Positions 1-9,718 of a DNA stretch of 64,000 nucleotides are shown piece after piece; positions within the stretch are counted from its first letter, which is position 1; every line of letters starts with the position of its first letter. Under the pieces are notes generated by a model, which had not been told where the DNA came from, did no database searches, and saw only the letters and a program-made list of their open reading frames with translations. The position numbers and the translations under genes were made by a program. The stretch comes from Thecamonas trahens ATCC 50062. Its lineage: Eukaryota; Protista; Apusomonadida. The stretch is from contig NW_013657673.1 of the NCBI RefSeq assembly GCF_000142905.1, forward strand, positions 248,001-312,000, in the 5' to 3' direction.

Positions 1-1
1 C

Positions 2-514
2 GACCTCCCGCCGCCGCCGGACGGCTTTCAGTGGGTCTGGGTGGCGCGCTTCGGATCGGCGCTGCTCCTGCCTGTGGGGTGGACGTACACGCCGATGCTG
101 ACGGCCGAGTCGTCGACGCTGCTGCTGACGCGGTCACCGCTAGCACCACGGTCGTCAGGCGCACAGTACGACGTCGGGCTCTCGGTGCGTGTGGTGCGGA
201 CGGCACCAACGTTTTACGCCGACTTTAAGCAGACGATTGCCGCCGAGTACGGGGCCGGCAACACACAGGGCCTCACGCTGGTCTCGCAGTTTGACGCCGG
301 TGCCTCAGCCTCGCCGTATCCGTTTCTGCTGCAAGGTGCCTTGCTGCGCGACAACGTCATGGGTGCCAACTACATGAATGTGGTGTGGTACAACCGCGAG
401 ACGCAGGCCACGTGGATCCTCATCTTTGAGGCGCCGGCTGGCGAGTGGGAGGCCGTGTGGAACGCGTTTGGCAACGTCATGTGCACCAAGCTCCGCCTCA
501 ATCCACAGTTTTAA
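2..514 (+). CDS. Hypothetical protein, 3' part (frame open from the window edge)
   Basis: Frame 2 is open from position 2 (DLPPPPDGFQWVWVARFG...) to TAA at 512-514. Globular-looking composition; converges on the next gene with an 8-nt gap. Confidence 0.6.
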   Translation, partial: DLPPPPDGFQWVWVARFGSALLLPVGWTYTPMLTAESSTLLLTRSPLAPRSSGAQYDVGLSVRVVRTAPTFYADFKQTIAAEYGAGNTQGLTLVSQFDAGASASPYPFLLQGALLRDNVMGANYMNVVWYNRETQATWILIFEAPAGEWEAVWNAFGNVMCTKLRLNPQF

Positions 515-522
515 CCTCATGC

Positions 523-1932
523 TCAAGACAAGCCGCCAAGACCTTTCGCGCGCTTGGTCGGCGATGCGCCCGACGGGCCGGCGTCGTCGTCGTCACGTGG
601 GCGCCGACGCTTGAACATTGAGACGATGGTCGGCTGGTTCGAGTCGAGTATTGTGGCAATGGAAGCAGTCGAGGTCGAGCGAAGGAGTGAGAGCGACGGA
701 AGCTTGGCCGGGGCGTGCTCGTCGGGAGCGCGAAGGCGGCATGGCGCGGACAGCGTGAGTGTGATCGGGCAGTGGTCCGAACCATGGACGTCGGGCAGAA
801 TGTCCGAGTCGGCGACAAGCTCCTCGGCGAGGAGCGACGGTGAGAGCGCAAAGTAGTCGAGACGCCAACCGTTGTTGGACGGCCGGCGGCTCTTCTTGAC
901 CGACCACCATGTGTACTTGCGCGACTCGGTGGGATGGAAGATGCGGAAGGCATCGAGAAAGGCGCCGCCGCTGCCGACAAGCGACTCCATCCACGCCCGC
1001 TCGGCTGGGTTGAGACCCGCCTCGTGCGCCGGAGGATTGGCGTGGAAGCAGTCGATGTCGCGATGGACGACGTTAAAGTCGCCGAGGATGACGACGTGGA
1101 AGCCGGCAGAGGCCCAGGCGGTCGCAAGCGCGGCGATGAGCGCATTGAACGCGTGCTTGAACGCCACGCGCTCGCCGCCCTGGCCCACGTTGGGAAAGTA
1201 GCCGTTGCACAGCAGGATGTCCTTGTCGCTTCCGACGAGGCCGTGGCGGGTAAAGACCATGCGACCCTCGGCATCAAAGCGCGGGGCCCAGGTGTCGAGC
1301 CACTGGCGCAGTGTGGTCGGCGGCGCCGGGACGCGATCGTCGCCGTCGACGGACTCGGGCGCCGGCGACGATGCGTCCGATCCGGCCGGTGCGGCCTGGC
1401 GATCAACCTCGGCCTGCAAGCCCTCACCAGCCCAGCCGGTCGGCATGAGCGGGTGTGGAGTCATGGCAGCGTCGAGCACGTCGTCGGGCGTCCAAGCCGC
1501 GGCGGCCTTGGCAAACGAGTCAAAAGCGGCAAGGACCGATCCCGCCCGCGCCAGGGTCGCCACGCCCGAGTATCCCCCGCGAGAGGCGCAGCAGGCGTAG
1601 TATGCCTCGTAGCCCGGCGGCGCAAGCGCAGTGAGACCCGCCAGCGCAGCCAGCGACATCCGGGTCTCCTGGAGCGACAGCACGTTCGGCTCGCCGAGCT
1701 GAGTCATCAGTGCGCCGTAGTCCGAGTTGTGTCTCCGCAGCAGCGCCCGCAACCCGTTGATGTTCCACGACATGATGCGCATCGATGCGCCAGCAGAAGC
1801 ACCACTATTGACAGTGGCAGCGGCAGTGATGGCAGTGGTGGCAGTGGTGACAGTGGTGGCAGTGGTGGTGGTAGGCGGAGGGGAGGGTGCTGCTGCGGCA
1901 GAGCGCGAGCCTGGCGAGGATGGCATAGCCAT
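523..1932 (-). CDS. APEX2: AP endonuclease / exonuclease III family, APE2-like
   Basis: EEP-family motifs MSWNING, LQET, GYSGVA, EGR, YFPN, GDFNV, YTWW, GWRLDY, GSDHCP. C-terminal PIP-box-like QPTIVSMF followed by basic NLS-like KRRR. Probable ATG at 1932. Confidence 0.88.
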   Translation of the reverse strand: MAMPSSPGSRSAAAAPSPPPTTTTATTVTTATTAITAAATVNSGASAGASMRIMSWNINGLRALLRRHNSDYGALMTQLGEPNVLSLQETRMSLAALAGLTALAPPGYEAYYACCASRGGYSGVATLARAGSVLAAFDSFAKAAAAWTPDDVLDAAMTPHPLMPTGWAGEGLQAEVDRQAAPAGSDASSPAPESVDGDDRVPAPPTTLRQWLDTWAPRFDAEGRMVFTRHGLVGSDKDILLCNGYFPNVGQGGERVAFKHAFNALIAALATAWASAGFHVVILGDFNVVHRDIDCFHANPPAHEAGLNPAERAWMESLVGSGGAFLDAFRIFHPTESRKYTWWSVKKSRRPSNNGWRLDYFALSPSLLAEELVADSDILPDVHGSDHCPITLTLSAPCRLRAPDEHAPAKLPSLSLLRSTSTASIATILDSNQPTIVSMFKRRRPRDDDDAGPSGASPTKRAKGLGGLS

Positions 1933-2414
1933 GGTGATGGAGCGGAGTCGAGTGCGTGAGAGAGAGCGTATATGTGTGTGTGTGTGTGTGGCAGTGGTAG
2001 TGGTAGTAGTGGTGTGAGTGGCAGTCGCAGTCAGTCGGCGTACTTGTCGCTGGCACTGGTCATGCTGGTGGTGATGGCTGTGGCTCCAGGCCCGACATGA
2101 CGTCCATTTTTTTGGCCCGTGGCGACACAGGGGCCCGTGGCGACACAGGTGCAGAGACCGGGGCGGAAAGGGAGAAGAAAAATGGGTGGGTTTATTTGTG
2201 GGGGGGGGGGGGGGGGCATGACCATAGGGGGGGAAGTACACATGCAGATACCCACTACACAACACACAACACACCCCTCTATATTGCAACCCTTCACAAC
2301 AACCCCTCCACGCACGCACGCACACACACACCGTCCCCTATCCCTTCCCTCCCCCCCCTCCCTCTACCACATACCCTCCAAACCTGTGCAGTCGACAGAT
2401 CCAGCCTGCGCACC

Positions 2415-3060
2415 ATGGCCTCGTCAGCAAAGGGTACGCCTATTCTCTGTCTCCCCCCCTCTCCCCCCCCCTCTTCCCCCCCCCCCTCTCACACTCATTG
2501 CATATCCATCATCTCCATACCAACCACCAGTTGTGTTCGATGTCCATCGCAAGGCTATGCGCTCGCGGGAGGCGCGGACTCTGCTCTCCAACTGCATGGC
2601 TTTCTTCAACGAGCGCATGCGGGGATACCATACGGGTGCTGGCTACACTCCGCTCCGCGATCCTGTCACGGACTTTGCCAACGGCATCGGCCTGTGGATG
2701 CTGCTCGAGGCGCTAGAGGGCAAGCCGCTTGGCGTCTACAACGAGGCAGCCGTCTCGGATCGCGGCAAGATGGAGAACCTGTATGGTGCTCTGGCGGTCA
2801 TGGCCGAGCTTGGCATCAAGCCCGTCGGAGACGGTCTCTGGGACGCCCGCGGCCTGATGGAGGAGAACGCACTGCACGCTTGGTCGGTCATGACCGCTCT
2901 TGCTGTCCACTACGACTGTGATCGGGACCTCGAAGCCGGCGCCTTTCTCCCCATCATCGAGAAGCACTACACCAACGCCGACGACGCCCTGCCCTACGCC
3001 GAGAAGACCCGACGCTTTGTCCTCATCCCCGAGGATTGGTCGCCGCCGGCCTTGCTCTGA
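2415..3060 (+). CDS. Calponin-homology (CH) domain protein (parvin/actinin-like CH); 2 exons, intron 2434-2530
   Basis: ATG GCC TCG TCA GCA AAG G|GTACGC...CAG|TT GTG splices in frame. CH-like motif DFANGIGLWMLLEALEGK...KMENLYGALAVM...W. Confidence 0.72.
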
Positions 3061-3132
3061 CATCCGCCGCCTGGTGGCTCTCGCTCACTATTCCTTGCGT
3101 AACAACGTCTCCTTTACGCCACCCTCGCGTTG

Positions 3133-3864
3133 CTACAGCAGCTGATGCTCGTCCACAAAGGCCTGGAACTCGGACGCGCCGCCGATAAAGGCGCGCTTGG
3201 TCGAATCGTTGTTGTCGACAGCCACCACTAGCGGCGACGACGTGTGGCTCACATGTGCATCGTTGTCCGACACCACGTTCTGTTGACAGCCGGCCCCATA
3301 CCCCCCATCGCCCCGTCGCCCGCACTCTGTGAGCTGCACACTGCACACATACCAGACAACACTACACTACACTACAACCCCCCACACACACCACTGCTGC
3401 CGTACCTCCTTCAGCTGCGGCAGCGCAGTCTTGTAGTCGGAACGCGAGTCAAACTCGATCACCTTGGCCTTGACGTCCTCCCGCTCCTGCTCGAGCTTCA
3501 GCACAAGCGTCTTGGCCCGCTGGTAGAAGCCACAAGCCGCAAAGCCAGAGACCTCATACGTAACTACCTCCAACCATGTGTCAACCATGAGTACTCGTGC
3601 CCTCTAACTCCTCCCCCGTCACCCGTCCCCCGTCACCCGTCCCCCCTCCGTCAGCCAGCTCGAGTTGAGCAGCAGCGCGTCAGCCAGCTGCTCCCACCTC
3701 CCATACTCATACCACACCACAGACACACACCACAAACACACCCCTTTTCTACCATGCCTCAAAAAGCACATACTAGGAGGGGTAGTCTTGAGCGTAGCTG
3801 ACATGGTAAACGCGCGGGATGTGATGATCGGTAGAGCAATGAGGCCAAAGCCAGCGCGGAGCAT
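3133..3864 (-). CDS. Small glutaredoxin/thioredoxin-fold protein resembling the MDH1B/PPIL6 N-terminal domain; 3 exons (introns 3564-3773, 3280-3405); possible mitochondrial presequence
   Basis: Spliced product MLRAGFG...TTPPITYEVSGFAACGFYQRAK...SHTSSPLV...FIGGASEF. Donors GTATGT and GTACGG are in phase with their acceptors. Confidence 0.62.
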
Positions 3865-4078
3865 CGCCAGTGATGATTTTGTCTCGGCGAGAGAGATCGA
3901 TGGCGCCACCAAATTGGCCGCATTCGCCGCATTGTTCACGAAAGCCGCCCACCATAGCCAGACACGTCATCCAAACAACAAACGTCATCAAGCTGTTGGA
4001 GAGAACTGCTATGCCACACGTTGCGGAGCCGCGCAACATGGTTTATCTACGTGCAGCGGCTGAGTGTCACACGTGTGT

Positions 4079-5449
4079 TCATTCTGTCGAGACGATGCCA
4101 ACACGGCCGCGCGGTCCGGCGCCCTGGCCGGGAACAGCTGGGGCGTGGACACCTTGGGCGCCAGTGGCGCGGAGATGGAGGGCGTAGTTGGAGTCGTTGA
4201 TGTTGTACGGCGTCGTCTCGAGCGAGAGGACGGCCCAGGCGATGATGGTGGCCCAGATGCGGATGTTGTTGTAGGCGTGCCACTGGGTGAGCGTCGAGTC
4301 AAACGACGAGGTGATGGCGCCGGGCGCCTCGAACCAGCCCGGGATGCGCTCGTGAGCGTAGTACATGACGTCTGACGTCGACGAGGCAAGCGAGGTGAAG
4401 AAGAGCGCAAGCGCGTAGAGAGCAAGAGCGAGGAGATCGACGCCCTGACGCGACCACGAGCCGTACCACCGGCCCATCTTGTCCTTGGCGTACTTGTCGA
4501 CCGCGCCCAGAAAGGCGAGCGAAAGAAAGAAGAAGAACAGGCCCTGGACAGACCGCGCCATCGGCGAGAAAACACGGAGAAAGGCAACGTTGTCGCGATC
4601 GGTCACCACGTAGCTGAGGATGAAGACCGTGATGGCGAGGCCAGCGGCACAGCCCTGGCAAAAGACAAAGAGCGCAGAGACAAGCTTGGCCCACGAGTCC
4701 ACCACAGACTGGGCCAGCGTGGTGGCCAGGATCGCGTTTCGCCGCCGCTGCGCCGACGCCGCCGTGTCCGAGTCGGCGGCGTCGCCATCGCCACCACCAA
4801 ACCCAGCGTCGCCACCACTCGGGCCGTCTTTGGTCTTGGTGAACGCGCCCTTGGCCGTCTGCCGGTAGTACGTGCCCACAGGCGCTGCGCGGGCGCCGGA
4901 ATACACTCCGCTAGCCCGGACAACCGAAATGTTAGCCTCCGGCTCGGCGTCGACCACATCGTCCGGGTCGAGGACCAGTGCGTTGTCGTCCGCGCCGCCA
5001 CCGACCCGAATCGGCTCGAGCACTCTCCGCCCGCCGGTCTGGCCGAGCCCGTCCGCCTCACTTCCCGATGCGCCACCTGCCGGCAGCGGAGGCAGACGTC
5101 CGCTAGGCGGCGCGCCGCTGGCTCGAACTCCAGCAGCGGCGGTGTCATCACTATCAGCGTCTTCCATCTCACCAGCGCCGCCTCGCCCCGGCACGATCAG
5201 CCGTGGCGGCGCAGCAGCAGGCGGGTCGTCCGACTCACCGTCGGTGTACGTGTAGCCGTCCGAGACCCACGAGGTCGAGGCCTCCTCGTCCGAGTCCTGC
5301 GCCAGCGGAGCCAGCGAGGCGCGAGGCGGGTTCGACGCAAGTCCTGCTCCTGTTGCCCCTGTTGCGGCAGCCTCCCCGGCTCGCATGGCCTGGCGGCGCT
5401 CGTCCAGTCGCTTGCGGGCAGCCTCGCGGGCAGCCTTCTTAGCCTCCAT
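4079..5449 (-). CDS. TMEM237: TMEM237-like ciliary transition-zone membrane protein
   Basis: Long disordered N-terminus, then 4 hydrophobic segments. FCQGCAAG, FFLSLAFLGAVD, LYALALFFTSL..TSD and W..N...IIAWAVLS match the TMEM237 pattern as I recall it. Confidence 0.75.
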   Translation of the reverse strand: MEAKKAAREAARKRLDERRQAMRAGEAAATGATGAGLASNPPRASLAPLAQDSDEEASTSWVSDGYTYTDGESDDPPAAAPPRLIVPGRGGAGEMEDADSDDTAAAGVRASGAPPSGRLPPLPAGGASGSEADGLGQTGGRRVLEPIRVGGGADDNALVLDPDDVVDAEPEANISVVRASGVYSGARAAPVGTYYRQTAKGAFTKTKDGPSGGDAGFGGGDGDAADSDTAASAQRRRNAILATTLAQSVVDSWAKLVSALFVFCQGCAAGLAITVFILSYVVTDRDNVAFLRVFSPMARSVQGLFFFFLSLAFLGAVDKYAKDKMGRWYGSWSRQGVDLLALALYALALFFTSLASSTSDVMYYAHERIPGWFEAPGAITSSFDSTLTQWHAYNNIRIWATIIAWAVLSLETTPYNINDSNYALHLRATGAQGVHAPAVPGQGAGPRGRVGIVSTE

Positions 5450-5825
5450 GGCCTGCCCGTCCCAGCGGCGGTGCAGTCGTAGAGGTGGAGGTGGCGAGGG
5501 GTGGCAGGTGCTTGGAGGGCGTAAGGGAGTGGTGGCAGTGGTGAGGTGCCCTATGGAGTTACGTTGCTTACCCTCCCGCGCCCCTTGTCCGCCCACCGCA
5601 GAATGCCCTGTCTGCTGGCTCTCCCAAACGTGGCACCATGTCGGCCAGACTGTCCGAGTTGGCGCCAAAAACGACCCAACCGAAGGACCAAGGAAAGGCA
5701 ACGAATAAATGCATGACGAAACCATGGATGGCGGCAACGATTACCAGGTAACAACGAATTGAAGCAAAAGTAATCACATTTCACCCCACACAAACCAACC
5801 AAAGCACACACCAGCAACGGCCATC

Positions 5826-5888
5826 ACCAGCCACACCAGCCACACCAGCCACACCAGCCACACCAGCCACACCAGCCACACCAGCCAC
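5826..5888. repeat. 9-bp minisatellite (CCAGCCACA)n, about 7 copies
   Basis: Directly visible tandem repeat between divergent genes. Confidence 0.95.
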
Positions 5889-5925
5889 AGTGGGCACAGT
5901 GACTACTCCCCTCCTCCTCCACATC

Positions 5926-7647
5926 ATGACCACTACCATCCTCCATGCATACATCACCGTCAAGGACGTCTCGCGCATCACCTTCTTCCCGCCGCCTCGC
6001 CCGGGTGCCTCGGCACTCTCGCTCCGACTCGCACTCATCGGCCGCGAGCATACTACCCGCGCCTTTCCGCTCTCGGGCGCCATCAGGGTCAACGACGAGT
6101 TTGTCTTTGAAGCCCGCTTTGATCCCGAGTGGGACGAGGACGCGCTCGCCGCATACCTCGCAGACACTCCGCTCTCCATCGAGCTCGTCCAGTCGCTGCC
6201 GCCCTCAGGCGCTGCTCCCGCCGCTGAGACCGTGCTCGGTGCGTGGTCTGCTCCCGCCTGGGACGTCCTCTTCCACGGCAAGTCGCTCGCCCATCGCGCC
6301 GTCCGCCGTGACTTGGACGTCGTTCTGGTTGCCCCCGCAGACCTCGCCTCTCGCTCCAGCCTGCCGCTCCCGCCGTCCTCGGCCTCGCTCTCGGTCTCCG
6401 CTGTCGTCTACTCGACCCGCCTCCGCCCGGCCCCGGGCAACCCGGACTCGTCCATCGCCACTCTTGATCTGCCGCACCCGCAGCACGTTGAATCGACGCC
6501 GTCGCCCGCGCGCCGCTCCATCCGCCCCCAGAGCCGGCCGTCGCCCGCACCGCGGTCCGGCAGCCCGCGCACGCCAGTGCCAACGCCAGCACGTCCGGCG
6601 CCGCCAGAGGCACAGGCCGACCCAGTCTCGCCGTCAACCAAGCGCCGCCGCGCCCGCGCCCGTCGCATGGCGCAAGCAGCAGCAGCAGCAGCCGCGGCAG
6701 CCGCACCGCCACGGCAGGAGCCCCGTGGGCAGGCCTCGTCGCACCCGCGCCCGCGCCGCGCACCGCTCTCCCGATGTGCCCACGGCTACCTCGCTCGCCA
6801 GTCGCAGTTCTGTGCCAAGTGCTCGCAGACGGGCAAGGCCCGCAAGCCGCAGACCCGTCGTCCGCTCGGGTCCAAGGCCCGCGCTGCTGAGGCGCGGCCC
6901 GTCGGTTCGACCCTCTCGCGCCAGGGCCCCAAGTGGCGGCCGCGTGACTCGTCCACCCGCCCACAATCAGTAGCGCGGGTCGTCTCCAACATCCAGTCGC
7001 GTATCGACCTCATCATCCGCGAGTGCGACGTGACCAACCTCCACCTGCCCGGCACTGCCGTCCTCAACGACGACTCGGTCCCCATGCTCGACTCGACGCC
7101 GCCACGCGAGCTCCCGCTCCAGGCGCCAGTGGCCACCTCGGACCACTACGGCCCGCGCTCGATCGTCGCCAATCCGCCAGAGTCATCGACATATCTCGTC
7201 CCGCACTCGGAGGCTCTCCTTCGCACCGCTCTTCCCCCGTCACTGCGCCCGGCGTCAAGCACGGGCTCGGGCGGCTCCGGCCTGCCGAGCCGAGCCGACC
7301 CGCGCGCCCGCGCCGCCCTCTCTGCCATGTCCCTCCCGGCCCAACTCCAGGTCAATTCGTTCCTCTCGTCGTCGGCAAACCCATACGCCTACTACGATGC
7401 GCTCGCCCAGCTCCCGCCAGGCGCCCACGAGGCGTATGGCATGGAGCCCAGCGCGCTCGACGACGATGCCGCCGACGAGGCTGTCGCCGAGTGGCGCGCC
7501 GCCATGGCTGTTGAAGCCGAGCGGCTCGCCGCCCGCGACCCGTTTCACCCAGACTGGAAGCCGGTCTCCGGCGACGCCCGCTCGCCGCCGCCGGGCGTCT
7601 TTGCCAACTACACCAAATACCTTCGTAACGAGTACGACGAGCAATGA
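5926..7647 (+). CDS. Hypothetical protein with an N-terminal C2-like domain and a long disordered tail
   Basis: 573-aa ORF. Beta-rich N-terminus (EFVFEARF...PLSIELVQ...VLGAWSAPAWDVL) resembles a C2 fold; remainder is P/R/S-rich. Confidence 0.65.
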   Translation: MTTTILHAYITVKDVSRITFFPPPRPGASALSLRLALIGREHTTRAFPLSGAIRVNDEFVFEARFDPEWDEDALAAYLADTPLSIELVQSLPPSGAAPAAETVLGAWSAPAWDVLFHGKSLAHRAVRRDLDVVLVAPADLASRSSLPLPPSSASLSVSAVVYSTRLRPAPGNPDSSIATLDLPHPQHVESTPSPARRSIRPQSRPSPAPRSGSPRTPVPTPARPAPPEAQADPVSPSTKRRRARARRMAQAAAAAAAAAAPPRQEPRGQASSHPRPRRAPLSRCAHGYLARQSQFCAKCSQTGKARKPQTRRPLGSKARAAEARPVGSTLSRQGPKWRPRDSSTRPQSVARVVSNIQSRIDLIIRECDVTNLHLPGTAVLNDDSVPMLDSTPPRELPLQAPVATSDHYGPRSIVANPPESSTYLVPHSEALLRTALPPSLRPASSTGSGGSGLPSRADPRARAALSAMSLPAQLQVNSFLSSSANPYAYYDALAQLPPGAHEAYGMEPSALDDDAADEAVAEWRAAMAVEAERLAARDPFHPDWKPVSGDARSPPPGVFANYTKYLRNEYDEQ

Positions 7648-7683
7648 AAGAAAACAGTTCAATCTTCAACACGCGAGGCTAGT

Positions 7684-9501
7684 CTAGGCGCTGCTGCCGT
7701 CCTCGGCCTTGGCTGCCGGGCTGACGCTCGACGCCGACGATGCCGACGACGCCGCCGCAAGCGCGGGTAACATGCCCATGGAGAGCAGCAGCGGGTCCGG
7801 CTGCGACGAGCCCGGGGGAGGCTTGTTCTTCTCGGTCGCCAGCACCGTCGCTACGGTCTCCTTGCCGGCGAGTGTGGCAACAGTCTTGTAGCCGACCTTC
7901 TGGTACGCGACAACTGAGCCAGCCACGTTGCCAACCGCGCCGAGCGTGTCCTGCGCGAGCTCGCCCATCTGCGGGCCAAACTTGTGGCCGACCACTCCGG
8001 CGGTAGTTGTCGAGACGTCGGTGAGCAGGATGCGCCCGGCCGACTCGAGGGCGGTAAACAGCGTGTCCACGCCCTTGAGCGTCGAGAATCCAACGTCACG
8101 CAGCGCCTCGACCGTCGGGTTGGCTGCCGAAGCGCCCAGCTTTTGGCCGACAGACGTTTCCGCCAGCGCCTCGGCGGTAGACTGACCAATGGTCCGCGCC
8201 GCCGCCGCCACGCCCTTGACCAGCACATTGGATACCATGACGGCAGCACCCGATGCCATGCGGACCATCTTGACGTTCTGCGAGACCCGCGCCGACACGC
8301 TCACCGCCGACGGCGAGAGCACAGACTTGATCGACTCGCCTGACGCCCGGATGGTTCCCCCGAGAACTCGCGCCGAGCTCTCTAGGCCGCGCCCGAGGTA
8401 TGCGGTCGACGAGTCGATACCGCCGGCCGTCGCCCGCATCCCGCGCACCCACACGGGCTCGGGCTTGACGTACGTCAGCGTGTGCATGCCACCAGCAATG
8501 GCAATAGCTGCCGCAATCGCCCCGCCGGCCGTCACCCCGCGCATGGCCGCGTCTGGCTGCGCCACAATGCGCGGATCCGCCATCCACTCCTCCATCGGCC
8601 GCGTCTCGGCCTCGATAACCTTACTTGGCTGCACACGTGCACTCACGCCAGCTCCATGTGCCGCTTCCGCCTTGTCGTCGTCGCCGCTCGGCCCGGCCGC
8701 CGCAGCGTCGAGCTGGTCCTCAAACGACGGCCGAGCCGCTGCCGGACGCGGCGTCGGTGGCAATGGTGGGTCGCGGATGCGGAAGCATGTGTGTTGTGCG
8801 AGCAGCGCCTCAAACTGGGCCAGTAGCAGTAGCGGCGTCGAGACTGGAAAGATGACGCCGTAGAAGAAGCCTGGCATGGGGAAGATGTAGAACCGATCGC
8901 GGACCCGGAGCGACGGAACATGGCTTCCGGCAAGCGGGCACATAAATGCGGCTGTACAAGCGAGAAAGACCACGTTCCGCGGCTCCGATGCCACCGAGAG
9001 AAACGAGAGTCGCCCCTCGGTAATAAGCTCGCGGCTGTGCTCCGCGCCCTGGACACGGTAGCAAGCCGCCGACTCGATCTCCAGCAGTACCTCGGCCCGC
9101 TGAAGGACATCGTCTGACGACGACGGACTCTCTCCGCTCTCAGTCTGTCCAGTCGTTCCAGCCGCCACATCCTCCGCCACATCGTCCGCCGCATCGTCCA
9201 CCGCATCGTCCACCGCATCGTTCGTTCCATCGTTGCCCGTCGCCGCGCCGTCGGCCTCAGTCGCGGGCTCATTACCCGCACCATTGCTACACTGGCTGCC
9301 CTGCTTCTGCTCGCTGGGGCCGTTGAGCTCGCTGAGGCCGGTAGAGCCGTCGACAGACTCGGCTACGGAGACCGGTCCGTTTTCGGTGGAAGCCTCGGTA
9401 CTATTGGAAGGTGACGAGGAGAGAGCCGGGTTGGACGGGTCCGGCGCATTGGAGCGCAACAGCAGTTGTCCAGCCGCAAACAGCCCTTCGTCGCCGTCCA
9501 T
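7684..9501 (-). CDS. Spartin / senescence-associated domain protein (SPG20/ERD7-like)
   Basis: LRVRDRFYIFP...YGVIFP...FEALLAQH followed by an amphipathic senescence domain (VKMVRMASGAAVMVS...FTALESAGRILL...VVGHKFG). Confidence 0.85.
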   Translation of the reverse strand: MDGDEGLFAAGQLLLRSNAPDPSNPALSSSPSNSTEASTENGPVSVAESVDGSTGLSELNGPSEQKQGSQCSNGAGNEPATEADGAATGNDGTNDAVDDAVDDAADDVAEDVAAGTTGQTESGESPSSSDDVLQRAEVLLEIESAACYRVQGAEHSRELITEGRLSFLSVASEPRNVVFLACTAAFMCPLAGSHVPSLRVRDRFYIFPMPGFFYGVIFPVSTPLLLLAQFEALLAQHTCFRIRDPPLPPTPRPAAARPSFEDQLDAAAAGPSGDDDKAEAAHGAGVSARVQPSKVIEAETRPMEEWMADPRIVAQPDAAMRGVTAGGAIAAAIAIAGGMHTLTYVKPEPVWVRGMRATAGGIDSSTAYLGRGLESSARVLGGTIRASGESIKSVLSPSAVSVSARVSQNVKMVRMASGAAVMVSNVLVKGVAAAARTIGQSTAEALAETSVGQKLGASAANPTVEALRDVGFSTLKGVDTLFTALESAGRILLTDVSTTTAGVVGHKFGPQMGELAQDTLGAVGNVAGSVVAYQKVGYKTVATLAGKETVATVLATEKNKPPPGSSQPDPLLLSMGMLPALAAASSASSASSVSPAAKAEDGSSA

Positions 9502-9718
9502 GTCACCTGTAGCGCAAGCGTGAGAAGGGGGGGGGGGGGGGGGGGGGGGGGGAGAGAGAGAGAGAGAGAGAGAGGCGATGCAAAGTCGGACCCGTGGCAG
9601 GGCGGGGAGAGCGACGTTTGCTGTGGCGAAGGGTTCGGCCGGCGGCCGCCCGCTCGACTGCCGCATGCGACTTGACGATCGACAGCACAGCAGACGCGGA
9701 TACGTACAGGATGTTTAT

